64,000 bases of DNA, taken from an uncultured Candidatus Saccharibacteria bacterium (lineage in GTDB: Bacteria; Patescibacteriota; Minisyncoccia; Phycocordibacterales; DATDWN01). Shown piece after piece: positions 19,278 to 29,083 of the stretch (the stretch's first letter is position 1; each line of letters starts with the position of its first letter). A model generated the notes under the pieces. It was not told the DNA's origin and ran no database searches. It saw only the letters and a list, made by a program, of their open reading frames with translations. The stretch is taken from positions 888 to 64,887 of the forward strand of contig CAZPGQ010000003.1 of assembly GCA_964586695.1 (NCBI GenBank), given 5' to 3'. The position numbers were made by a program, and so were the translations under genes.

Positions 19278-20030
19278 ATGAAAAAAATTATTTTAAATTT
19301 GATTATGGCAGTACTTGTGTTTGGAGGTGCCAATTTTGTATACGCTGAAGACGGAATGGCGGGCATGGATATGCCAGCAAGTAGTAGTATGAAAATGAAC
19401 AAACCTCCAGTAAGACCTCAACCAGTAAAAGAGGCTGTGCAAGCTAAAAGAGAGGCTGGACAGGAGAAAATTCAAGATATAAAGCAGAAAATGGCTAGTA
19501 CAACTGAAGTCAAAAGAGATTTGCGACAAAAGATGGCAAGTACTACAGAGGACAAGAGAGAACTAAGACAAAAACTGGCTAGTACAACAGCAGAGAAACG
19601 AGATGAAAGAAAAGAGTTGATTAAAACTAGAATCGAAAATAAGTTCGGCAAAATGTTTGCTCGATATCAAGCAACAATAGAGAGAGAAAGAGAAATAGCA
19701 ACAAAAATCACAGCTAGAATAGAAAAAATCAAAGCTAACGGCGGAACAACTACAGAAGCTGAAAAGTTTGTAGCAGAAGCAAAAACATATCTAGACGAAG
19801 CTCAAAAACAACTTGATGCACTAAAGTCTACAGCAATGAACGACTCACAGGTAGCATCGTCTACAACAGCTTCAATTGCAAAAGAAACTTTGTCAGCAAT
19901 GAAAAAAGCTAACCAAGATCTAGAAAAGAACTTGAGATCAGCACACCAGTCACTACAAAAGTCAGTCGGTAGTCTAAAGGGAATGTCTCAGCTTAAAAAC
20001 GCTTCATCGACTAGAGAGCAAAATAGCTAA
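19278..20030 (+). CDS. Secreted coiled-coil protein with tandem KQKMASTTExKRxLRQ repeats
   Basis: Signal peptide MKKIILNLIMAVLVFGGANFVYA (start moved to the ATG at 19278). Three consecutive ~15 aa repeats, then an Ala/Lys/Glu-rich helical region. Confidence 0.45.
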   Translation: MKKIILNLIMAVLVFGGANFVYAEDGMAGMDMPASSSMKMNKPPVRPQPVKEAVQAKREAGQEKIQDIKQKMASTTEVKRDLRQKMASTTEDKRELRQKLASTTAEKRDERKELIKTRIENKFGKMFARYQATIEREREIATKITARIEKIKANGGTTTEAEKFVAEAKTYLDEAQKQLDALKSTAMNDSQVASSTTASIAKETLSAMKKANQDLEKNLRSAHQSLQKSVGSLKGMSQLKNASSTREQNS

Positions 20031-20048
20031 TAATTAACAAATAAAAAT

Positions 20049-20399
20049 ATGGAACCAACAATACAACCAACAGCGCCTATACAGCCACCTATACAGCAAC
20101 CTATTGCACCACAAGATACAAACAAGTCTTCTATTGGATCAATAATAGGAATAATAGTTATTATTGCAGTAATAATACTAGGTGGACTATATTTCTGGGG
20201 CAAAAGAGTTGAAGAAGCAAAACTTAGACAGAGTATAGTAGAAGAAAATGCAGTAGCCACACAAGAGACTGTACCTGTAGACGAATCAACAAAAATAAAA
20301 GCAACAAGTCAGTCAGACGACTTAAATTCAATTGAAGCGGATTTGAACGCTACGAACCTTGATGATCTTGATGCAGAGCTAGATCCTCAAGCGATGTAA
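20049..20399 (+). CDS. Small single-pass membrane protein, Pro/Gln-rich N-terminus
   Basis: TM segment SIIGIIVIIAVIILGGLYFW; followed by the terminator at 20421-20447. Confidence 0.4.
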   Translation: MEPTIQPTAPIQPPIQQPIAPQDTNKSSIGSIIGIIVIIAVIILGGLYFWGKRVEEAKLRQSIVEENAVATQETVPVDESTKIKATSQSDDLNSIEADLNATNLDDLDAELDPQAM

Positions 20400-20483
20400 A
20401 TATAAAATCTCTGTAAAGTAAAAAGCCACTAAATGTGGCTTTTTACTTTACAAAATACGGCCTACAATATAGACTTGGAAACT

Positions 20484-21554
20484 ATGACAACAAAGCACTA
20501 TAAAGATATAAAAATCAATATTCTTCCAGAAAGAGAGGTTGAAATAATCGGCTCTATTACTGCAGAAAAAATGAGTCTAATGAGAGAAAAGGCTCTAAAA
20601 AAGCTGAAGGGGTCTGTTGAAATTCAAGGTTTTAGAAAGGGTCATGTTCCAGAAAACCTTATTGCCCAAAAGGTTGGAGAGGGATCGCTTCTAGAAGAAG
20701 CTGCTGAAATTGCCTTAAATGAAGAGTACCCAAACATTCTAGAGGAACACAAACTTGATGCTATTGGACGACCAGAAATAACAATAACTAAAATTGGTGT
20801 TGGAAGTGATATGGAGTTCAAAGTCAAAACTGCACTTATGCCAGAAGTAAAGCTTGCTGATTATAAAAAAATAGCAAAGAAAACAATATCGAAAGATACT
20901 AGTGCAGTAACTGTAGCAGAAAAAGAAATTGACGATGTCATAAAAACAATCAGAGAAAACATTGCGCACGAAAAAGTTCACGCTGAAGCTGGTGGAGGCA
21001 AAGAACACAATCACAGAGAGATAACTGATGCTGATTTGCCAGAAGTTAATGATGACTTTATTAAAATGCTTGGTGATTTCAAAGATCTAGAGGATTTTAA
21101 ATCAAAAATCAAGGAAAATATAACAAAAGAGAAAGAAATCAAAGAGAAGGACAAGAGAAGAACTGCAACTTTGGAAAAAATAATAGAAGAATCAACAATA
21201 GACCTACCTAAAATAATAATTGACGGTGAGTTAGACAAAATGACTGCACAGTTTAAAGATGATATCGCTCAGTCTGGTTTTTCTTTTGAGGACTACCTAA
21301 AGCATATAAAGAAAACTGAAGAAGACCTTAGAGCAGAATGGAAAGATACAGCAGTAAAGAGAGCGAAGTCACAAGTAATCCTAAATAACATCGCAAAGGA
21401 TGAAAATATAGCTCCAAAGGAAGAAGATATAAAAAAGGAAATGGAAAATATCCTATCTCACTACAAAGATGCTGACCGTTTCCGAGTAAGAATGTATGTT
21501 GAGACATTTATGACAAACGAGCTTGTATTCCAGTTCCTAGAGAATCTTAGCTAA
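20484..21554 (+). CDS. tig: Trigger factor
   Basis: QGFRKGHVP hallmark motif. The start is the ATG at 20484 (MTTKHYK); the track starts earlier. Confidence 0.85.
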   Translation: MTTKHYKDIKINILPEREVEIIGSITAEKMSLMREKALKKLKGSVEIQGFRKGHVPENLIAQKVGEGSLLEEAAEIALNEEYPNILEEHKLDAIGRPEITITKIGVGSDMEFKVKTALMPEVKLADYKKIAKKTISKDTSAVTVAEKEIDDVIKTIRENIAHEKVHAEAGGGKEHNHREITDADLPEVNDDFIKMLGDFKDLEDFKSKIKENITKEKEIKEKDKRRTATLEKIIEESTIDLPKIIIDGELDKMTAQFKDDIAQSGFSFEDYLKHIKKTEEDLRAEWKDTAVKRAKSQVILNNIAKDENIAPKEEDIKKEMENILSHYKDADRFRVRMYVETFMTNELVFQFLENLS

Positions 21555-21573
21555 TTTTTGGCTTAATAAAATT

Positions 21574-22272
21574 CTAAAGTAAAAGCAAACTTGTTGCAGA
21601 TATTGCGGCTGTTTCTGCACGCAAAACTTGAGAGCCAAGCGAAACGGCTGGGATGTTAAAGGTTTCGAATACTTTTAGCTCATTTTCGCTCCAACCACCC
21701 TCTGGACCGATAAAAATAGAAACTTCTTCATCATTTTCATCTACAGCATCTCTAATATACTTTCCGTCTAAATGTAGTAAGAGCTTTTTCTCTGGCAAAT
21801 TACCCTCTTGCAGTAACTCTTGCAGATCTACAATGTCACTGATAGCAGGAACACTTCCCCGTCCAGACTGCTCAGATGCTTCGACTACAATTTTCTGAAG
21901 TCTCTCCATATTTAAATTTTTCTTTTCACTTCTTTCACACAAAATAGGAATTATTCTTGAGACTCCAAGCTCTGTAACTTTTTCTGCAACTAATTCAAAA
22001 TTATCTTTCTTTATTAGAGCCATACACAGTGTAAGAGCGACTTTTGGTTTTTCACCACCATCTAGCTCCTCGACGACCTCGACCGTTGCGCTTGCGTTAG
22101 TCAAAAGTGTAATCATACATAGATAATCTGTCCCACTACCGTCAAAAAGAATAACCTGACTACCAACATTGTATCGAAAAACAGATCTCCACTGATGAAC
22201 CAGATCCCTATCGGGAACATCGAACTTTGAACCACTGACTGGTGTATTCAAATAAAATCTATGAATTCTCAT
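21574..22272 (-). CDS. rsmE: 16S rRNA (uracil1498-N3)-methyltransferase RsmE
   Basis: MRIHRFYL N-terminus, PUA-like and SPOUT regions (IFIGPEGGWSENE). The track ORF runs to 22506 only because no stop occurs in the GC-rich islet upstream. Confidence 0.8.
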   Translation of the reverse strand: MRIHRFYLNTPVSGSKFDVPDRDLVHQWRSVFRYNVGSQVILFDGSGTDYLCMITLLTNASATVEVVEELDGGEKPKVALTLCMALIKKDNFELVAEKVTELGVSRIIPILCERSEKKNLNMERLQKIVVEASEQSGRGSVPAISDIVDLQELLQEGNLPEKKLLLHLDGKYIRDAVDENDEEVSIFIGPEGGWSENELKVFETFNIPAVSLGSQVLRAETAAISATSLLLL

Positions 22273-22306
22273 AATAAAATGATAGCATATTTTCTGGAGG
22301 GCGCCG

Positions 22307-22399
22307 ATGACACAGAGGAACCGTGGATACATCTGTCCGAATTGTGGGCAGAAGTTCAAGAGATTGGATGGGCACGATAATTGCCCCAAGAGACTTTGA
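22307..22399 (+). CDS. Possible 30-aa zinc-ribbon micro-protein inside a GC-rich islet
   Basis: ggaggg RBS 5 nt upstream of the ATG; MTQRNRGYICPNCGQKFKRLDGHDNCPKRL with CxxC...HxxC; followed by a GC hairpin at 22468-22497. Too short for the ORF track. Confidence 0.3.
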   Translation: MTQRNRGYICPNCGQKFKRLDGHDNCPKRL

Positions 22400-22561
22400 A
22401 ACCAGGAGAACCCGCCGCGACCAGCGAGTCCGTTCTGCATATCGATGATGCATTCGGCCGAAAGTTCCCGTTCTGAACCCACGAGCCCCGATGAAGCGAT
22501 CTTCATCGGGGCTCTAACGATATGTTTTGCCTATTTTTGACTTTCTGATATACTCATTGTC

Positions 22562-23134
22562 ATGTTAATACCAACAGTAATAGAAAAATCACAGTTCGGA
22601 GAGAGAGCCTACGACATATTCTCTCGACTTTTACGAGACAATATTATATTCCTAGATGGTCCTATCGATGACCATGTAGCCAACCTTATCATAGCTCAAA
22701 TGCTATTTTTACAGTCAGAAGACCCTAAAAAGGATATTTCTTTCTACATAAACTCACCTGGAGGAAGTGTTACAGCTGGTTTGGCCATAATCGACACAAT
22801 GAACCACATAAAAAACGATATTTCCACAGTAGCTGTAGGAATAGCCGCTTCTATGGGGGCTCACATCCTAGCAGCAGGAGCAAAAGGCAAAAGATTTGCC
22901 CTGCCTAACGCAGAAGTTATGATTCACCAGCCTTGGGGAGGAGGAATTGAAGGAAAAGTCTCAGATATTGAGATTACAGCTAAGCAAATGCTCAAAAATA
23001 AGGATAGTTTGAACAAAATCTTCTCAAAAAACACAGGAAAACCCCTATCACAGGTAGAAAAGGATATGGATCGAGACTTCTTTATGTCAGCAGACGAGGC
23101 AAAGAAGTATGGAATAGTAGACAAAGTTCTATAA
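22562..23134 (+). CDS. clpP: ATP-dependent Clp protease proteolytic subunit
   Basis: [14 protein letters not shown], the Ser in AASMGA, and the His in MIHQP: classic ClpP. Confidence 0.9.
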   Translation: MLIPTVIEKSQFGERAYDIFSRLLRDNIIFLDGPIDDHVANLIIAQMLFLQSEDPKKDISFYINSPGGSVTAGLAIIDTMNHIKNDISTVAVGIAASMGAHILAAGAKGKRFALPNAEVMIHQPWGGGIEGKVSDIEITAKQMLKNKDSLNKIFSKNTGKPLSQVEKDMDRDFFMSADEAKKYGIVDKVL

Positions 23135-23136
23135 TA

Positions 23137-23901
23137 CTAAGCTTTTATATCACTCGATAAATTCCAAATTTCATCAAAAACGGCACGCATCATCTTGGCG
23201 TGCTGTTTTGATTGAATTAAAACAGCACTATTCTCCTTTTTAGGAGCGATGTATAACGTCTTATCATCATAAATAAAAACAGTTGTTTCAAAGCTATTAT
23301 GCATAGATACAGGTAGTTGCCTTAAATCGGACTCGGAATAATATTTCCTCAAAACCTCTTTATTTGGAATGTCTTCCCATAAAGCCTTAGTCTTAAGACC
23401 TCTTTTCAGTTTTTCTCCTACATATTCATTTATAAAGTCCTCTCCAAGTTCGTGAAAAAAATTGTTTCCAGGGACAATTGACCGAATAATTTTCTCCTTT
23501 CCATAAAGAGTAAAAAATATCGCTGATTTTATCGATATAAGATTATCAAAATTAGAAACAATAGTCGCATTTTCTCTCTTTTTTAAAGGGTAGTACTTCT
23601 TAATTTTCTCCGCTCTATCTAATAATTGGTTTTGCTTCCTAATATTGATATTTATTAGCTCTAAAAGCTTATCCAATGGTTCCAGCTGGAATTTATTACC
23701 ATAATCTTTACCTGTTTTACTAACCAACCCTCTTTTTTCCAATGATGCCAATGAATAATACACTGTGGGTCTTTTTTCATTAGTAATCTTCATTATTTCT
23801 TTAACAGAAATTACACCATCAAGTAGTGCGGAATATACGGATATTTCCGCCTTTGGAAGACCTATTTCTTCCAAAATTATTTTTAGCTCTTTTTTGTCCA
23901 T
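23137..23901 (-). CDS. TrmB-family (winged helix) transcriptional regulator
   Basis: N-terminal HTH LPKAEISVYSALLDGVISVKEIMKITNEKRPTVYYSLASLEKRGLV, typical of TrmB-like regulators. Confidence 0.55.
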   Translation of the reverse strand: MDKKELKIILEEIGLPKAEISVYSALLDGVISVKEIMKITNEKRPTVYYSLASLEKRGLVSKTGKDYGNKFQLEPLDKLLELININIRKQNQLLDRAEKIKKYYPLKKRENATIVSNFDNLISIKSAIFFTLYGKEKIIRSIVPGNNFFHELGEDFINEYVGEKLKRGLKTKALWEDIPNKEVLRKYYSESDLRQLPVSMHNSFETTVFIYDDKTLYIAPKKENSAVLIQSKQHAKMMRAVFDEIWNLSSDIKA

Positions 23902-23995
23902 AATTTATAGTTGTATAGTTATTATTATACATTATTAAACAATTCTTTCAATTAACCTACTATAAACATAGATAGTTCTTTGAAAGGAGAAACCA

Positions 23996-24400
23996 ATGAG
24001 TGCAGAAGATTTTGTTTTCACCCTGATAAACATCTGGTTTGGACACTTTCTTGCCGACTTTTTCCTTCAGACAACGGAAATGGCGGACAACAAGTTTGTG
24101 CAGACAAGAAATGGAACCTACTGGTGCACGATTCATGTAATCGTATACACCTTAACCATAATGCTATTCCTTGAACAGAAAGATGTTGTTGCCTTCTTAG
24201 GAATCTTCATTCCCCACTGGATTATCGACAGATACTCCTTGGCATACAAGTGGATGAAGATTACAGGCGGTTCAGCAATGCTTTCTGGAAATAAGGAGGT
24301 AGCAAGTCACCCGTTTGGTCCAGTTGTTTACGTTGTAATGGACCAGATGCTTCACCTTTTCTCTCTGTATCTTTTGTTGAGATACATATCGGTCTTCTAG
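23996..24400 (+). CDS. DUF3307-like small polytopic membrane protein
   Basis: aaaggag RBS; three TM helices. The resemblance to the DUF3307 family is from memory only. Confidence 0.45.
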   Translation: MSAEDFVFTLINIWFGHFLADFFLQTTEMADNKFVQTRNGTYWCTIHVIVYTLTIMLFLEQKDVVAFLGIFIPHWIIDRYSLAYKWMKITGGSAMLSGNKEVASHPFGPVVYVVMDQMLHLFSLYLLLRYISVF

Positions 24401-24410
24401 GAGGTATGAG

Positions 24411-24791
24411 ATGGGACTTGGATTATTTCGTGGCTCATTTTGTTCGAATGAAAGCGATTTCCAACAAATTAAGCCTCAACGACGTGCAAAGGAACAGACA
24501 CCAATTTCACAAGAACTGGTACTTGGGAACCCAAATCCCAACAACTTTGAGATCACCCGACTTGAAAAAGTACTCCGTTTTGTTGTGGTGATGATCAAAT
24601 ACCCAGATTGTAAGAACTACGAAGGAAACAAGATCCTCGTTTTTGAGGGGGTACCAACAAAGACCATTCTAAACCAGAAATCAATTGATCCACACTTCTG
24701 CAATTCCAAAACTCATCCTTCTCCTGTCGCAAGGTTTGAACCAACAGAAAAAGGTTGGGGTTATGCTGTTAAATTCTGCCAAACAGCATAA
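24411..24791 (+). CDS. Hypothetical protein (moderately GC-elevated), translationally coupled to the upstream gene
   Basis: aggagg RBS 6 nt upstream; 126 aa, cysteine-containing, no known motif; followed by the terminator agaggcgtcgattgttcggcgcctct. Confidence 0.4.
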   Translation: MGLGLFRGSFCSNESDFQQIKPQRRAKEQTPISQELVLGNPNPNNFEITRLEKVLRFVVVMIKYPDCKNYEGNKILVFEGVPTKTILNQKSIDPHFCNSKTHPSPVARFEPTEKGWGYAVKFCQTA

Positions 24792-25036
24792 AACGAAGAG
24801 GCGTCGATTGTTCGGCGCCTCTATTCTTATTTTTGACTTATTATCGAGTTTCTTATATAGTGAGGTTATTATTGATTAAATAATAACGGTTGTTTTTTGT
24901 TTTTCCCGTCATTTCCTGTTTATATCCAGACAATCAGAAATCCAAATTACCTTAAATATCTTAGAAAATTTAGAATTCATTCCCTACAAATACTAGAAAT
25001 TTCAAAAAGAGAGACGAAGGACGGCCAGCATAAAAT

Positions 25037-26569
25037 ATGATTCCATTACAAATAGTAGCGTACCTGCTTATAGCAGCATCGCTGATTTCACTAGGACTTG
25101 GTTACGGTTTGCGAATTTTGGTTTCTCGAGGAAAAAGAGGCTCAATGGAACTCGACATCAAACAAATGATGCTTGAGGCAAAGGACAAAGAGCAAAGGAT
25201 CCTGACAGAAGCAGAAGGTAAAGCAGAAGAAATACTTAAAGTTGCTAGATTCGAAATAAGACAAAAGGAGGATGCAAACAAGAAAAATGAAGAAAGACTT
25301 ATCAAAAAAGATGAGCTTCTTGATCATAGACAAACAGAAATAGACAAAGAAGTCGAAGAAGTAAAGAAAAAAATAGAAGAAATAAAAAATATAAGACAAA
25401 GTGCAGAGCAAATAGAAAGCCAAAAGAAAGAAGAGTTACAGAAAATTGCGAGACTAACAACAGAGGAAGCTCGTGAAGAAATTTTGAAAACTGTTGAAAA
25501 AGAATCTGAAGAGGATATCTTGGTAAAGATGCGAAAGATGGAACAGACTGGCCAAGAAAAACTAGAAGACAAAGCAAAAGAGATTCTAGCTACATCTATC
25601 CAACGACTAGCAAACTCTGTTTCATCAGACATGCTCACAACTCAAGTCACAATCCCAAGTGATGAACTTAAAGGAAAGATCATTGGTAAGGAAGGTAGAA
25701 ACATCAAAGCTTTTGAAAGAGCGACAGGTGTGGAAGTTATTGTTGACGATACTCCAGGTTCTATCACCATCTCCTCTTTTGACCCAGTAAGACGACAAAT
25801 CGCAAGAAACGCTCTCGAGAAACTTATTGCTGATGGAAGAATACAACCAGCAAAAATAGAAGAAATGGTACAGAAAGCAGAGAGTGAAATTGCAAAAACA
25901 ATAAAAGAAAAAGGTGAAGAAGCCGTCTATGAAACTGGTGTATTAGGACTAGACCCGCGAGTAGTTTCCATACTTGGACGACTCCACTTTAGAACAAGTT
26001 ATGGACAAAATGTTCTTGCTCACTCTATAGAGATGGCACACATTGCAGGAATGATAGCAGAAGAGATCGGTGCAAACGTACAAGTGGCAAAGGCAGGCGC
26101 GCTCGTTCATGACATAGGAAAAGCTCTTGATCACGAAGTTGTGGGAACACATGTAGAAATCGGAAGAAGAATTCTTCAGAAGTTTGGTACAGATGAAAAT
26201 ATCATCAAAGCAATGCAGGCTCATCATAATGAGTATCCGTACGAAACTCTTGAATCAATGATAGTTCAGTCTGCTGACGCAATATCTGGCGGAAGACCTG
26301 GAGCAAGACGAGACAGTATAGAAAATTATTTGAAGAGACTAAAGGATCTAGAAGCTGTTGCCTCTTCATTTACTGGCGTAGAGAAATCTTATGCCTTACA
26401 AGCAGGACGAGAAATTAGAATTTTTGTTACACCAACAGAAGTTACAGACCTTGAAGCAAAGAAAATGGCTAGAGATATAGCACTACGAATTGAATCTGAA
26501 CTGAAATATCCGGGAGAGATAAAAGTTACGGTAATAAGAGAGTCTAGGAACATCGAGTTCGCAAGATAA
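25037..26569 (+). CDS. rny: Ribonuclease Y
   Basis: N-terminal TM, coiled coil, KH domain (GKIIGKEGRNI), and HD domain (HSIEMAHIAGMIA...LVHDIGK). Confidence 0.9.
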   Translation: MIPLQIVAYLLIAASLISLGLGYGLRILVSRGKRGSMELDIKQMMLEAKDKEQRILTEAEGKAEEILKVARFEIRQKEDANKKNEERLIKKDELLDHRQTEIDKEVEEVKKKIEEIKNIRQSAEQIESQKKEELQKIARLTTEEAREEILKTVEKESEEDILVKMRKMEQTGQEKLEDKAKEILATSIQRLANSVSSDMLTTQVTIPSDELKGKIIGKEGRNIKAFERATGVEVIVDDTPGSITISSFDPVRRQIARNALEKLIADGRIQPAKIEEMVQKAESEIAKTIKEKGEEAVYETGVLGLDPRVVSILGRLHFRTSYGQNVLAHSIEMAHIAGMIAEEIGANVQVAKAGALVHDIGKALDHEVVGTHVEIGRRILQKFGTDENIIKAMQAHHNEYPYETLESMIVQSADAISGGRPGARRDSIENYLKRLKDLEAVASSFTGVEKSYALQAGREIRIFVTPTEVTDLEAKKMARDIALRIESELKYPGEIKVTVIRESRNIEFAR

Positions 26570-26710
26570 AATTAGACTCGCTCGATTTTAATGCAACTTA
26601 TTACAGACTCTGTCAATCTATTGCGCTAAAAAAGCCTTAATATATAATACTCTTATAGTAGATAAGGTTGGTCATAAGGTTTAGAATTATCATTAGTTAA
26701 TTTTATCATT

Positions 26711-26983
26711 ATGAATAAAGCATCAATAGTAGACGCAGTTCACGCGAAACTAGGTGGTACAAAAGTTCAAGCAGAGGAAGTTGTAGATACAGTTATTGAT
26801 TCTATCGTTTCTACTCTTAAAAAGGGTGGCGAAGTTTCAATCGCGGGTCTAGGAATCTTCTCTACAAAGACTAGAGCTGCAAGACAAGCTCGAAATCCTC
26901 GAACAGGAGCTACTATCTCAGTACCTTCAATGAAGGTTCCAAAGTTCAGAGCAGCTAAGGCTTTGAAGGAAGCAGTGAAATAG
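26711..26983 (+). CDS. hup: DNA-binding protein HU
   Basis: Typical HU length and arm motif RNPRTGATISVPSMKVPKFRAAKALK. Confidence 0.85.
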   Translation: MNKASIVDAVHAKLGGTKVQAEEVVDTVIDSIVSTLKKGGEVSIAGLGIFSTKTRAARQARNPRTGATISVPSMKVPKFRAAKALKEAVK

Positions 26984-27157
26984 TCGCTTGGTCTTTTTTG
27001 CGAATTTCTTTGTTGTTCGTTACGTTTGCTCCACGCGCAGTATACTTATACAGCTTGGTCACAAGCCTCACTCACAACTTCGAACTTCATCAAAAAATCC
27101 TCAAGCTTGCGTTCTCTCGAGAGAATATCAAAAAAGAGCCTCATGGCTCTTTTTTGA

Positions 27158-27649
27158 TTATTTATACTTTTCTAACATTTCTAATGCTCTTTTCATTAGA
27201 TGATCTCCTATTTCTCCCCATTTAACATATTCTTTGTAATCTTGAGGGTCTATTAGTTTTATTTCCAAAATATCTCCATCAGGGTCTGACTCAAATTCCC
27301 CATACGGTTCAACAATAGCAACCATTCTAGCTTGTCTTGATAGTGTTTTTTCTTTTTCAAACCATACATCTTGATAACCTATATATTCCATAGACAAAAC
27401 TCTCATATTCGATTCTTCTTTAATTTCTCTTTCTGCAGCCTCAGTATACGTTTCTCCTTTTTCAATAGCCCCGCCAGGTGGAGTCCACTCACCTCTCCCA
27501 TTTTTTACAACAACCAATTTACCCTCACAAAAACAAAAACAGTGTACTCCATGCAAGGTAGATTCACCTAAGTTTTGGCCAGGATCTTCATCTTCATAAG
27601 TTACATGATATGTTTCTCCTCTATTTTCAATTTGAGTTTTTATTTGCAT
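27158..27649 (-). CDS. NUDIX hydrolase
   Basis: Nudix box GGAIEKGETYTEAAEREIKEESN. Confidence 0.8.
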   Translation of the reverse strand: MQIKTQIENRGETYHVTYEDEDPGQNLGESTLHGVHCFCFCEGKLVVVKNGRGEWTPPGGAIEKGETYTEAAEREIKEESNMRVLSMEYIGYQDVWFEKEKTLSRQARMVAIVEPYGEFESDPDGDILEIKLIDPQDYKEYVKWGEIGDHLMKRALEMLEKYK

Positions 27650-27675
27650 GTAAAAATACTAACATGATTAATATA

Positions 27676-27800
27676 TGCGGGATAGCGGATGTCTCACTTC
27701 TTGGAAACCGACGGTTTTCCAACGGAAGCAAAGCTTCCTGCCTTCCTGCACGGGAAACCAGACAGGTTTCCCGACCCCTTCCTTGGTTCGACTCCGCTCC
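27676..27800 (+). ncRNA. Candidate tRNA-like structured small RNA (unknown family)
   Basis: Putative promoter TTGCAT-18-TAATAT immediately upstream. An ~10 bp closing stem (gggatagcgga / tccgctccc) encloses three perfect hairpins (ggaaacc.., ggaagc aaa gcttcc, gggaaacc agaca ggtttccc) and a T-loop-like GGTTCGACTCC. It is followed by the terminator hairpin at 27811-27835. Confidence 0.3.
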
Positions 27801-27840
27801 CACAAAACAAAAAGCCCCCTAAAGGGCCTTTTGTGTTTTG

Positions 27841-27911
27841 TGCGGGATAGCGGAGTCGAACCGCTCTCCACAGTTTGGAAAACTGTTGTTTTACCGATAA
27901 ACTAATCCCGC
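27841..27911 (-). tRNA. tRNA-Gly (anticodon UCC)
   Basis: Manual cloverleaf of the minus-strand sequence GCGGGAT TA GTTT ATCGGTA AAAC A ACAGT TTTCCAA ACTGT GGAG AGCGG TTCGACT CCGCT ATCCCGC A. Confidence 0.8.
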
Positions 27912-27982
27912 AATACAAGCTATAGTATCAGAAAATAAATACTCTATCAAATTGTATTAGTGGCAAGTGATATAATACTGTT

Positions 27983-29083
27983 ATGTTTCTAAAAACCGCC
28001 ATTTCATTCATATTTGCTCATTTGCTTCTTTTAAGTGGAACAAACACCAAAGTTTATACTGCTCCAGATGTAAAACCTACGCAAAAAGCCAGTTCTACTA
28101 TTGCGATAATAGCTACAACAACAAAACCAATAATCAAAGTTGCAAAAACGTCTACTACAACTCCAAAAACAAAAGTGATACCAGTAAAAACTGTTTCTGA
28201 AACACCAAAAGTAGAAACTAAACCAGAACCAGCCCCAGACTTTGTTGCAATAAACGAATTTGCACGAAAAGCTACAGTAAATATTCTCTGTACAGCAAAA
28301 GGTGGTGAATTGTCCCCTATTTCTGGTACAGGTGCGATAGTTGGACCGAGCGGACTTATACTGACCAATGCACACATTGGACAATATCTGCTTTTGAGAA
28401 ACTATAGAGAAAAAGATTTTATCCAGTGTGTAGCAAGAACAGGTAGCCCCGCTTATCCAAAGTACAATATCGAATTAGTTTACATCTCCCCCACTTGGGT
28501 TTCGGAGAATAAAACCCAACTAAAGGACCAGAATCCACAAGGGACAGGAGAAAATGATTTTGCCTTTCTACGAATAACAGGAATGGTTGATGGATCAAAA
28601 ACTCCAGACAGTTTTCCTTTTGTGACTATGAATATCCGCGAAGCGATAAACGTGAATGAACCAGTTTTGCTTTCATCATATCCAGCTGGGTTCCTTGGTG
28701 GACTTTCTATACTTCAAAATTTAAATGTAACTACTGCTATTACAAACATACAGGACGTTTTTACATTTAAAGACGGAACTATAGATATAATCTCTGTTGG
28801 AGGCACAGTTGTGTCACAAAAAGGCTCTTCTGGCGGACTTGTAGTTGATAAAAATTCAACTCTTATTGGTGTTATATCAACTAGCTCAAATGGTGACACT
28901 ACAAGTAGTAGAGGCCTTAATGCCATTACTTTAGGTTACATAAATAGAGCAATACAAAAGGAGCTAGGCTTTGGATTTAAAGAATTTCTATCACAGACAC
29001 CGGAAAATTTTGCGAAAACATTTGCAAGTACTACAGCTCCCCTACTAACAAAAATAATTACAGACGAACTAAACAAACAATAG
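27983..29083 (+). CDS. Secreted trypsin-like (S1 family) serine peptidase with a Thr/Lys/Pro-rich linker
   Basis: Signal/TM N-terminus; catalytic His context ILTNAHIG and Ser context GSSGGLVVD. Confidence 0.65.
   Translation: MFLKTAISFIFAHLLLLSGTNTKVYTAPDVKPTQKASSTIAIIATTTKPIIKVAKTSTTTPKTKVIPVKTVSETPKVETKPEPAPDFVAINEFARKATVNILCTAKGGELSPISGTGAIVGPSGLILTNAHIGQYLLLRNYREKDFIQCVARTGSPAYPKYNIELVYISPTWVSENKTQLKDQNPQGTGENDFAFLRITGMVDGSKTPDSFPFVTMNIREAINVNEPVLLSSYPAGFLGGLSILQNLNVTTAITNIQDVFTFKDGTIDIISVGGTVVSQKGSSGGLVVDKNSTLIGVISTSSNGDTTSSRGLNAITLGYINRAIQKELGFGFKEFLSQTPENFAKTFASTTAPLLTKIITDELNKQ

Noticed and set aside
22273-22506. N-terminal 78-aa extension of the rsmE ORF in the track
   Set aside because: A canonical RsmE N-terminus (MRIHRFYL) begins at 22272. 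The extension exists only because the GC-rich islet lacks stop codons in that frame
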